A stretch of DNA of 63,886 nucleotides, filler included, from Vannella sp. (lineage: Eukaryota): the NCBI GenBank assembly GCA_023345925.1. It is 5 parts of 5 records of this genome, joined end to end, with 100 filler letters (N's around TTAATTAATTAA, not from the genome) between each part and the next. Parts side by side here need not be neighbours in the genome. Positions count along the whole stretch, not along the records: positions 19,929 to 44,906 come from JAJQQN010000868.1; 4 more parts are not named here. One strand, 5' to 3'. Both the position numbers and the translations under genes were made by a program. Below are positions 23,460-34,178 of this stretch, piece after piece (the first letter of the stretch is position 1; every line of letters begins with the position of its first letter). The notes under the pieces are model-generated. The model did no database searches, was not told where the DNA came from, and saw nothing but the letters and a program-made list of their open reading frames with translations.

Positions 23460-24214
23460 TTAAAGAGCTTCTTCGCTGCGAAGATATTCTGGAATGCGTT
23501 GGTGAGGACCGGTTTGGTGACACTTTCACTTACCTCCCGCATCGGCTTGGTGGTAGACGACTACTGCAGAGGGGTCAAGCACTCTGCATTCTTCAGTGCT
23601 TCGAGCTGTGACACCGAAGCCAAGGGGGACTCCTTGCATGGAGAGAACCACGACGCCTTGATGTTGAGGGACTCCTTCAGTGATACGACCAAGACCAGAT
23701 TTGTGGACATTGTTTCCGTACAGGAACGACATCTCTGAAGACTGTTTGATCCACACCTTGTACTAGAGCGCCAGCGGGTTACCTTTTCGATCAAGGACGA
23801 TCAGGGTGACGGGGCGAATCACTTACCGTTGCGTACTGAGCGAGATAGTCCAAGAAGGTGATCTGGATCTTGAACTGCTGTGTCTTGGTGAACTTCCCCA
23901 CACGCGTCCCCAACGAAAGGAGCTCCTTTTTGCCCACGGGCACCGCTTTTCGCATGATCGACTCGCTTGTGTGTTGTGAGCTCCAGATGAGAGGGGCGGG
24001 GGGTTACGAGTAGAACTAACCTTACGTAGTAGACCTTATCCTTGTGCAGGCGGAAGCAGTAGTCTTCGTCCTTCCGATCAACCAGGAAGCGGATGTTCTT
24101 TCCAATGCTTCTGCGGGCGTTAGCACTGGTCCACTAAACCCGTGATCCCTAAACGTACTAAGTGGCAAGCTTTCCGAAGAGGATCTTCGTCTCTTCATCT
24201 GTCAGAGGGCGCAT
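23460..24214 (-). CDS. NIP7: 60S ribosome biogenesis protein NIP7, multi-exon
   Basis: [17 protein letters not shown]…[12 protein letters not shown]…[28 protein letters not shown]…[15 protein letters not shown]. Confidence 0.95.
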
Positions 24215-24276
24215 ATCAACAAATGAGGCAAGAAGCCACGATCCGATTTTTTGTCGTTTTTTTATTTTTTTATTTT

Positions 24277-26584
24277 TTATTTTCTGGTTTCCCTCAATTC
24301 TCCACAATGGGAAAATTCAACCTCTTGGAGTGAAGCAGAGACAATTGCACTTTGGGAGAGAAGGGTCACCACACTGTTTCCAAGACAAATACTGTCCATT
24401 GTACTGAGACTCACAGGGTTGGTCGTAGCCCGTTCGAAAGTCAATGTATCTCCAATCTGAGTGACTTTAGCCAGGTTGGAGCCACCAAGGTAGAAAGAAT
24501 CGCTGGAGAAATGGTAGGTCAGATAGTTGGAGTTGTTACAACATGGGCAGCTTTGGAAATGCCAATCGCCACTGCAATTGCTCGAAGTGGAAATGAATTC
24601 CTCGTCAGTATCTTCGTCAATCCAAAGGGCTATGCTCATTCCACTTTGTTGGTTGACAGCAATACTAAGGCAAGTTAGCGACTGGGATCCCACAGAGAAG
24701 GGAAGCCAAGAGTCGAGGTTAGTTGAAGAATAAAGAGATCCGCTTTCAGTGATCATGTGGTGGCAGTTGAGGACAGAGTTCCACACAACCATGATTGGGA
24801 AGGAATCTGAGATGCCACTTAGGTCTTCCAGTTCCCAGGAGGTTCCGTGAGAGGAGCTGTAAAGGAATGGGACATATTCCTCATCGCCTTCTTCGGACTC
24901 AAATTGATCGCAATCGTCACACTTGCGACCCATCATCAAAAAGGAATGGCCATCAAAGAGGAATTGAACCACTTCATGCTTTCCATCTATCTGACTGGCG
25001 AGAATCCAGTGCTCAGCATCAACTGAGGAATAGATATTCACTTGTCTACCATTAGAAAAGGTGGCCAAAAAGGCGCTCTCTCCATGAGCTACAAAGGAGA
25101 GTGAAGGTGATTCGGTCCTATTCCATTTTGCTCCATCAAAGGAGGAGAAAATAGCATACGACTCACTGGAAGCGACAAAGCGACCCCCAGCAAAGATAAG
25201 CGAAGATATTTCCTCGCCAAACTGAGGAGTCACTCGATTCCACTCGATGTTGAAGGAGTCGTCGCGCACAAGACCGCGGAGAATGTTGCCCGACTCTCCC
25301 ACTCCAATGAAGATGCCTTGGTCATTATCACCTGTGTCAACGAACTGGGAACCAACCATCCTTGAAGTCCAGGTTTGCCCATAGTCCGATGTCTGGGAGA
25401 TAACAGTCTGGATACCTCCAGGTGAAAGAGCCACACAATACCCATCCATAACGCATGCCAGAGTATTTGGTGCTGCACTACTAACCCAGGGGGTCTGGCG
25501 AACAGAGATCCAATCCTCTCCAGTTCTGGAAGTGTACAATCGGTCAGCAAAGAGCAAGAAGATACCCCGACGTTCCGATTCAACAGTCACAGCCAGGGAG
25601 AGTTGTAGCTGCTCCCTGTTCTTAAGCATTACATCAGAAACCAGATGAGACTCCCATTGAGAACCTGTGGAAGACGTCCAGACACAAGCGTATTGAGTAT
25701 CTGGCTGCCTCTCCAAATGGGTTGTTCCCAAAATCAGGAAGAGACCATTCCCGTAGCTGACATCGTGCACAGTATCTGCTTCAGGAAGTGGGACTCTAAT
25801 CCAATCCCTAGAAAGGCCACGAAGCCACACCTGATTGTCCTCAAGGCCAATGGAGGTTGTCTCACTCGAAGCTGTCCTTCTGGTAAGGGTCTAGATGATG
25901 ACCAAGGAGATTTCTCACCTATTCCGTCTGAAAAGGCATGCTCTGATGGTTGCCAGCTCGAGAGTCTCTCCGAGGAGAAGCGTTCCCCAGTCGACGTCTC
26001 GACATAGAACGTATCTTGAGAGTAGGCGACCCAGACAAGGTCACTTGCAACCAAAAGTCAGATATAAAGAAGCTTGAACATGTTGCTTACATGAAAGGCG
26101 CTATTGGAGGGAGCAGCCGCCAGGAAGTGCCCTCTTCTGAAACCAAGATGGTCGAATCTTCACCCACAGCGACGTAGTGAGTCGAGAGAAGCTCAGAATC
26201 GAAGTAAGTAACTGAATAGAGATCTCTGTTGGTAGGTGAGGGCAGTCGGAAGGCCCAGCCAGAGGTATCGTTAAGGGAAACCTCCCAGTCAGTCTCGTGG
26301 TGGTAACCGTTGTCCCTGGAGGACTCATCAACGAACTCCTCGCACGCAAATGGCCAGCAATAGTCGTCATCAAAGCTATCCTCCGTATGAGAGTGAACAT
26401 ACAAAGCCGCAATCAGCAAACTGATCAGCAAGACAGCAAAGACTCCCCCGATGACCGTCAGCAGCGTCTGGTTACGATCCACCCACCCAGAAAACGTCCC
26501 TGCATAGAAGCTCTGCGGACGTGTGGCCTTATCCACCGCCATCATCTCCCCATCCCGCTCAATCTCGATATTGAGCGAGTCCAT
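24277..26584 (-). CDS. Type II membrane protein with extracellular BNR/Asp-box-like beta-propeller repeats, spliced
   Basis: Single N-terminal TM (LLTVIGGVFAVLLISLLIAALYV); repeats YVAVGEDSTILVSEEGTSW, SDYGQTW, FIGVGESGNIL, SFDGAKW, SHGTSW. Confidence 0.7.
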
Positions 26585-26725
26585 CCCAAGAGAGGCAAAA
26601 AAAAGTGGCTTATTTCGATGCCGATAATTCCGAGAGGAAAAAAGTCAACCAACGGAATCACGTGAAGGGAATACGCACGCAATAATCACATGATAATGAA
26701 CATCATTTTGATTGGCACTTCCCTC

Positions 26726-28927
26726 ATGCGAGGTGCAAGTTTTCTTCTGGCCTGCCTTTTGGCGTTTGCGTGGGCGAGAGATGATCCTTTGTTGGTGGTT
26801 GGAGATAGCTTGGTGATTGAATCAACGGTTCCGAACTCTCTGGTGCTGCTCCGCTTCGCGGACCTTTGTGGCTGCAAAACTGCGCGACTTACTGTGTTGA
26901 ATGGCGTTGTTGAAGGACCTTTCTCTGACGTTAAGAACGGCGTGCAAACCATTAGCTTCTCTTCTTCTGCTGGTGGGTCTCCTGACACGGCCTCCTTCTC
27001 TCCTGTGAACCGGAGCGGCTCCTCTCAGCTTCTTCCATCCTCTGCTATTGTCGTGTTTGTGACCCTTCTCTTCTCCCGTGGTTCCCTACGAGTTGCTTTA
27101 CCACTCACCTTCCTGTTGCTGCTTACTTTTGCGTACTCTGAGGTCACCCCCAACCAGGTCACCATCGTTATCACGCTTGACATCTCCTTGCAGAGCATTG
27201 GCATCAGCCTGATCGCACCCTCTGTTATCGTGAACACGGATGAGGTATCGTCTGATGGTGTCAGATGTGGAGTATCCCGGTCAGCCCTTGGAAGATGCCC
27301 TTCTCAGCTTTGTGAGATTGGAGACGATCCTAATCGCTGCTTTTCTGCTTTGACTGAGAATCTCCAAGTCGTTGGTGTGTTGATGCCCAAGTCAGGAGAC
27401 TTTGGCAAATCAGGAGCCCAGATTTTCAAAGGAATCCGTCTGGCGGTGAATCAGATTGAACTGCCGCTCTACTTTGTGAGCGCAGACACGGGCACTGACG
27501 CTAATATTGCAGTTAAAGCGGCAGAGATTCTGTTTCAGAAGGGAGCTCGCTTGTTCATTGGCCCAGCAGTGAGCGAAGCAGCGATTGAATTGGACGATTG
27601 GGCGAAAGGAAAGGACGTTGCATTCATCAGTCCCACCGTTTCCGCCAGGGCAATTAGCGATCTCCCTTCTGTTCTGACTCTCAACATCCTCGATGACTCG
27701 TACACACAGGCCCTCTTATCCCTCTTTGCGGACCGCACAGAAAGAGTCCAATGCGTTATCATTCACCGAGATGGCACGGTCGGAAATGACCTGAGTGATA
27801 TTATAACGAAAGATGCTGGATGGGCCCGTGTGTTCAATTTTGTTGCACGATTACCCTATGCACCAAACGGCAAAGCCGATTATCCTGCACTTGTTGCGCA
27901 GCTCAACGAGATAGTTATTGAGAACAACGTGGAAACCGTTGTGGCCTTCTCTCTTGATGAAATTGCAGACATATTGGAAATAGCATTGGAGTACCCTGCT
28001 CTGACAGCTGTGCGTTGGACGGGAATCGGATTCGCTCTCTCCTGCGAGGTCGCTGAAAGAGCTAAACCACTGGAAATGGCACGAAAAGTGGGCCTGAGAT
28101 CGAGCTTCTTTGAGGGCGCGTCCTCTGCTCAACGGAACATCTTGGCCGAGGAGGTGTTCTCCAAAGTCGAACAGGAAAAGGACTGTGCGACCCCTTATGC
28201 TCTCCTTGGCTATGATGCCGTGCTTATGTTGACAGAAAGCTCTCGCATTTCCCGCACTTTGGTGACCTCTTCGATTGTTGAAGGAGTCAAGTTCTCCAGC
28301 AACTTCACTTATGGCGCAAGTGGGTGGCTGGGTCTTGATTACAGGACTGGGGAGCGTACCAGCGGACAGTTTAGCATCGTATCTATTGGCGAGGAGGATC
28401 TTCTCAAAGAAAAGTGGATGAAGCAAGCTTTAGTATTCTTGACTCCAACAAAAGATTCAAGTGGACCCCTTGGCAGATTCCAGCAGTCCATCACAGAATT
28501 ATCCGCTCTTCCTATCGACAGAGCAGACCTAGAAAAGTGCGACAATCCTGATGACATCGATATCAGTATATCTTACCGTGATGCCAACCTTGTGAGGAAG
28601 AACCCCACTATTAATTCAGGAGATTTCCGGGGAAGACAAGTGCTCGTTCCCTTGTTGGATGAAATTGATGTCCGCTTCAAGTGCAACTCCTTCCAGTTTC
28701 AGTTAGTATGCCCTCCGTTCCACTTTGGTGGAATTGGTTCTTGTGTCGCAGAATCGGACTCGCAGCTTCGTTCTGGGAATATTCGGTTTATTCTCCCGTG
28801 CAGGGGTCAAAATAGCCTATTCAACCTTCCCAACACTAACCGCACTGCCGCTATCTCCAAAAGAGAAAGCAGAATCCAAAACTTTGACACAAACTGCATC
28901 CGTCGAGCTTTGTCCGGGCCGAGATGA
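26726..28927 (+). CDS. Secreted/membrane protein with a type-1 periplasmic-binding (LivJ/ANF-receptor-like) domain; a further 3' exon is possible
   Basis: Signal peptide MRGASFLLACLLAFAWA; VGVLMPKSGDFGKSG..IFKGIRLAVNQI, DTGTD, FIGPAVSEAA, FISPT, YALLGYDAV, GASGWLGLD..TGER. Confidence 0.8.
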   Translation: MRGASFLLACLLAFAWARDDPLLVVGDSLVIESTVPNSLVLLRFADLCGCKTARLTVLNGVVEGPFSDVKNGVQTISFSSSAGGSPDTASFSPVNRSGSSQLLPSSAIVVFVTLLFSRGSLRVALPLTFLLLLTFAYSEVTPNQVTIVITLDISLQSIGISLIAPSVIVNTDEVSSDGVRCGVSRSALGRCPSQLCEIGDDPNRCFSALTENLQVVGVLMPKSGDFGKSGAQIFKGIRLAVNQIELPLYFVSADTGTDANIAVKAAEILFQKGARLFIGPAVSEAAIELDDWAKGKDVAFISPTVSARAISDLPSVLTLNILDDSYTQALLSLFADRTERVQCVIIHRDGTVGNDLSDIITKDAGWARVFNFVARLPYAPNGKADYPALVAQLNEIVIENNVETVVAFSLDEIADILEIALEYPALTAVRWTGIGFALSCEVAERAKPLEMARKVGLRSSFFEGASSAQRNILAEEVFSKVEQEKDCATPYALLGYDAVLMLTESSRISRTLVTSSIVEGVKFSSNFTYGASGWLGLDYRTGERTSGQFSIVSIGEEDLLKEKWMKQALVFLTPTKDSSGPLGRFQQSITELSALPIDRADLEKCDNPDDIDISISYRDANLVRKNPTINSGDFRGRQVLVPLLDEIDVRFKCNSFQFQLVCPPFHFGGIGSCVAESDSQLRSGNIRFILPCRGQNSLFNLPNTNRTAAISKRESRIQNFDTNCIRRALSGPR

Positions 28928-29368
28928 GACCTCTAGCAAATAGAAGTACATAAAGGTCCCTCTACCCAAACAAAACTACTTTATGGGGCCAGTTGGAGCT
29001 GAAGAAGGACTCATCGGGCGTGTGGGCATCGTGCCTCGCAGGGATTGTGAGCGATTCAGTCAAAGTGACGATCTTTTTTGCTTCCTTGCTCATCAGAGCT
29101 TTGGATTCTGCTTCTAGTCAACGAGTAAGGCTTGATGGCTACATCGAACCTTCTTCCTCAGCCTCTACATCCAACGTAACTTCCAAAGGTCCATCCAACC
29201 AATCAAAACGAAGAGCGTTTTGATTGGTTACCCACTTGGCCAACAACTGCTGATGAAAGTAATCCCCTTACATAAATCGGGCATAGAAATCGAAAAGGCA
29301 GTGATTTATGAAATTTTCGAAAAATTAATTTCTGCGAATGTCCGCTGTTTTTCGTTACTTTTTGGCGG

Positions 29369-32300
29369 ATGGCGCTCGAGGGGTGGCGGTTGGCGTGTTT
29401 TCTTGCTTTCGCGTTGTGCGTTGGTGCTTTACCTGCGTCGCAAACCAACTCTCTGGTGGCTCTTTACAATGCGACGTCTGGAAGTTCTTGGGTGACCGGA
29501 TGGAACCTACAGGACAATCCTTGCACGTGGCAAGGGGTCATCTGTGATGGAGCTGAGAACAACGTGGAGCATTTGTTACTTCCTGGCAACAAGTTGGATG
29601 GTACACTCCCTGATTTGGCTCTCCCTAACCTGCTCTCCTTGTAAGGCGGGCCCCAACAAGGATAGTTGTCACTCACCCACGGGGAAAGGGACTTGAGCGC
29701 CAACCTCATCAGTGGAACCCTTCCAGCATGGCCTTCTTTGGTATTGTTGCGTAACTTGTCAGTCTCCTCGACCTCTGCTTGTCCTTTTGCTGAATCTAAC
29801 GCGTTGGGGAGCAGGAGCTTGAACGGCAACTTGATTTCTGGAACGCTACACGAATGGGCCGACTTGGTTGAACTTACCTTGCTGTGAGCTTCAGCTCTCC
29901 CAAAGAACTGCGCCTGACCCGATGAACAGCAACCTGGAGGACAACAAACTCAACGGAACCCTTCCTGAATGGACCTCTCTCACCCAACTGAGAGAATTGT
30001 GAGTCCTTGGAGTTCTACTCTCGAAGGTGGACCTAATAGGAAGGATAGGAACATCCGCAAAAACAACCTGACCGACGACCTCCCTGATTGGTCTCAGTTT
30101 ACCAGCCTCCAGGTGATGTAAGTCACTTTGTCGTTTTCAATGCCATATCTTTACTTTTCCTTTGTCCCATAGGAGATTGGGGCAGAATGAGCTGAATGGT
30201 ACTCTTCCGGACTGGAGCAATCTTGTTTCTCTCACAGAAATGTGCGAAATCTCTTCAAAATTGTTGATCTCTTCACTGACTAAGTTCTTCATAGGTCTTT
30301 GTTTGAGAACAAGATTTACGGAGGCCTTCCTCTATGGAGTCTCCCCTCAATCGGATTCATGTAAGTAGAAACATTCCAATAACGCACTGTACTCATCAAT
30401 GGGCATCTCGGGCAGTGACTTAAGTGTTAATCAGATCTCTGGTGATCTTCCAGACTGGACAACGCTCCCTGACCTCAAATTCTTGTGGGTATTCCAACGG
30501 AATCCCTGATTCACTAACAAGACTTTGACAGGTATTTGGCGTTCAACCAAATCACAGGAGCTCTGCCTGCATGGGCGAGTTTGAATCTTGTGCGAATGTT
30601 GGTGATGGAAACAGATTGAGATAGTATTCGACTAACACCTAATAGCGATTTGAGCTACAACCAGATCAACGGAATTCTTCCCAATTGGGATGAACAGATC
30701 TCCTTGACCTTCATGTAAATCACAATATCCAACCGTTGTTTGGTCTTAACTCAAAGATGCACCGCAGGAGTATCAACCACAACGAAATCTCTGGCAATCT
30801 TCCGGACTGGCCCACCCTGACGTCACTTTCATACATGTGAGAAGCTTTTGGGATCTTCTTCCTCCCGGTTTCTGCTTGCTAATCTGAATGGAATGATTAC
30901 AGGAGTCTTTCTACTAATTACCTCGTTGGAACTTTGCCTCCATGGAGCGACTTGGTAAATCTCCAATACATGCAAGGGCGCCTGTTCAGCTTGGAAGAAG
31001 ACTAACGTCAAGAATCAGGGAACTAGATTCGAACCAAATCACTGGAACTCTTCCAAATTGGTTTACCTTAACTCAACTCTCCTACATGTATGAGTCTATC
31101 ACATGGTCACATGGACAGTGCATTGACCAACTCTCATTCTCGCTTCTCCAGGTCCATCAGTGTCGACCTTCTTAACGGATCAATTCCTGAATGGCCTCAC
31201 CTTTCTGAGCTTCGTCACGTGTAAGATCATCCGCAAAACCGTATCAAACTGCTCACAAGGTAGTGCAGGGTGTTGAGTTTCAATCAATTAGATGGAACCC
31301 TGCCACTTTGGTCTACTTTGTCGAAGATGGAAACGATGTGAGTTCTCTTGTTGATCACCAATCTACTTGTCTCACTACCACATCTCGGATTCAGAGGTCT
31401 GGCGGACAACCAAATCATCTCAATCATCCCCGATTGGACCCATATGGTCGATTTGTATCGACTGTAGGTGGCTTATTGAAGTTATTAGCGGGCTCTGATG
31501 CATGAAACCAGGTGGCTGTTTAAGAATCAGCTCACTGGGACCATCCCAGATTGGGACTTCACGAAGTTATCTGTATTGTAAGTTGCCTATTGCTCTTTAG
31601 AAATAGACTCAGTAATTGAGTGTAGGGGGTTGAATGAAAATCAATTCTCAGGAACTCTGCCGGAATGGGACACTTTGAAAGAGCTCCGATTATTGTAAGA
31701 ACCTTCTGGAATCCTGGTAGACCTTGTCACTAAGCGTGAGAGTAGGAGTTTGCATAACAACAGTCTGACGGGAACTATTCCCGCCTGGAGTAACTTGACA
31801 AATGCTGTTTCGATAACTTTGGATCATAACGAGCTTTGCGGTTCTTTACCGGATCCGACCCCAAACAACGCTTCTGTTAGTGTATCAGGTAGTCAGGTTT
31901 TCTATTGCACAACGGCCCCCACGCGTTACATTGATGCCACATGCGACATTTCCTTTGAGAATCCATCCTGCCCATCCAGGACTTCCAGTGCCACTCCCAG
32001 TTCGAGTGTGACAGGGAGCTCCTCCAGTTCGCCTTCCACTTCTCAGAGTCCTTCGGAAAGTTCGACTTCCAGTTCTAGCCCCAGCCTTAGTGTAACGCCA
32101 AGCTCTTCCTCCAGCTCCAGCACAACACCAAGTAACTCTGTCACTCCCAGCTCAAGCTCGAGTAGAAGCCCTTCTCCGTCGCCAAGTGGTTCATCTAGTT
32201 CGAGTAACTCTCAAAGTGCCTCTACAACACCCAGCTCCTCCAATTCTCCGAGTGTCTCGTCAACTCCCAGTCAAACAGCGAGTGGTACTGCAACGGCAAG

Positions 32301-33999
32301 CACTTCTCCGAGCCCAAGCATGACTCCCAGTGTCACTGCCTCCTCAACTGTCAGTAACTCGGTCACAGCCAGCTCTTCGCCCACTAGCAGCACTTCACCA
32401 AGTCTCTCTCCCAGCCCCAGTCCTACTGCGAGCGAAACTCCAACTTCTTCTGTGTCGCCAAGCTCTTCCATTACCCCGAGCCAGACACCGAGTGTGACTG
32501 CCAGTCCCAGTACTACGTCCAGTGAAACACCAAGCAGCTCTGTAACTCCCAGCACCTCGCCAAGCTCCAGCCAGACATCAAGTGGAACACCAAGCGCCAG
32601 TGTTACACCCAGTGAAACACCAAGCAGTTCAGTCACTCCCAGCACCACTCCTAGCTCCAGCCCAACGTCGAGTGAAACTGCCAGTGCCAGCACCACGTCA
32701 AGCGAAACACCGAGCGGCTCTGTAACTCCCAGCCCCTCTTCCAGCTCGAGCCAGACGCCAAGTGGAACAGCCAGCCCCAGTGTAACATCCAGTGAGACAC
32801 CAAGCAGCTCTGTGACTTCCAGTTCCTCGCTGAGCGAGAGTCCCACTCCAAGCGAAACAACCAGCTCTTCTGTTTCACCCAGTCCTACACCAAGTTCGAG
32901 CCAGACGCCAAGCGAAACGCCAAGTGAAACGACCACGTCCAGCGAGACTGTAACTCCCAGTAGCTCTCTCAGTCCAAGTGGGACTCTGACAGAGACGCCA
33001 AGTGGAACTGCCAGTAACTCAGCCACCCTGAGTTTCTCTGGTAGTGTGACCTCTTCTGCCACGGAGACTGTCTCTGTGAAGGATTCCCCAAGCTCTTCTT
33101 CAACTCCTGCGCAAAGTGCTGCGTCCACTCCCACTGGAACGTCCTTTGGCGAATCTGTGGTTCCGCTTTTGAGCTCCACGCCATCTGGATTTGCCACAAT
33201 CAGTAGATCCTCTACTTCTGGTGCGGTGATCTCTCCTTCAGAGCTTCCTCCCAGCGTCTTGAGGACCCAAAGTCGAAGTGTTTCTCCTTCTCCGAACATT
33301 CAGACTGCCTTGGAGAGTGTCTCTACGAGTGCTACACCTTTTGTGACACCCACTTTCCTTCGGGTGACCATCAACCTCGGTGGAATATCGAAAAGAGACT
33401 TTGTGCCACTTCCCAATTACCCTCCCCAGACAAACATGATGGGGGCTCTCTTTGTAGATGCGGACTTGATTGACAGACCCAATTCTACTTTGACTACCAT
33501 CTATGGAAGACCTGGTCCCAGAGGCCAGCCTAATCAACAGCTGGTCAGTGAGGTTCTGGATATCACTTTGGTCGATGGAGCTGGGCATTCTATGACTCAG
33601 TTAGACTCTCCTCTTGTCATTTGCTTCCCTCGACTGAATGGTACGAAAGAGAACAAGGTGTGCTTAAGCTATTATGATGAAGTCAAGGCCAAATGGATTT
33701 GCGAGGACGAATGTCTCACCACCACCAGTGACGGGAACCTTCTTTGTGGACAAACGGGTCATCTCACCAACTTTGCGCTCCTTTTGCTTGGTCTATCGAA
33801 CTCCAATGGCGGTGCAGACAGTCCTTGTGAGTCTCCCAGCTTTGATAACACTTTGTCGTGGATCTCCATGGGCCTTGTGGCGGGAGCAATCATCATTGTT
33901 GCTTCAAGCGTTATTCTTGTGGAAGGGCGCATTCGCTACAAAGAGTATCGTTTGAACACCGTTCTCAACAGAGTTGCCACCAACGCTGCCAACCTTTAA
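29369..33999 (+). CDS. 19-exon single-pass receptor: signal peptide, LRRNT, ~20 LRRs (17 encoded one per exon), Ser/Thr mucin-like stalk, GAIN/GPS, one TM, short tail (~1229 aa)
   Basis: Exons 29369-29640, 29689-29757, 29815-29883, 29930-29998, 30049-30117, 30173-30241, 30295-30360, 30416-30484, 30532-30597, 30646-30714, 30768-30836, 30903-30971, 31019-31087, 31152-31220, 31269-31337, 31395-31463, 31512-31577, 31626-31694, 31746-33999 splice into one open frame; LRR consensus LxLxxNxLxGxLPxWxxLxxL; CGQTGHLTNFALLL. Confidence 0.92.
32431..32880 (+). repeat. Coding minisatellite, ~90-bp (30-aa) units in the Ser/Thr stalk
   Basis: Units start AG(T/C)GA(A/G)AC at 32431, 32521, 32611, 32701 and 32791 (SETPSSSVTPS…). 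Confidence 0.85.
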
Positions 34000-34178
34000 C
34001 TCTTTCCTTCCTGTTTCTTCCTTTCTTTCCTCTTCTATTGTCTTTAAAGCCTCACTTGTTCTCACCTCCTTTGTTTCTCAAAGTACTTCCACCAATGAGG
34101 AACTTCTGGGATGCGTTGGAGGATGCCTCGCTACATGGATGGCTCTGTTAGGGCTGACTAGATGTGATTTAGTGGACT

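Noticed and set aside
29641..31745. ~120-bp periodicity resembling a CRISPR or repeat-spacer array
   Set aside because: Units are not nucleotide-identical repeats; the periodicity is LRR exon + spliceosomal intron, and no cas genes are present.
32271..33299. 342-aa antisense ORF rich in LGV/ELLGV
   Set aside because: Shadow of the Ser/Thr/Pro repeat on the opposite strand.
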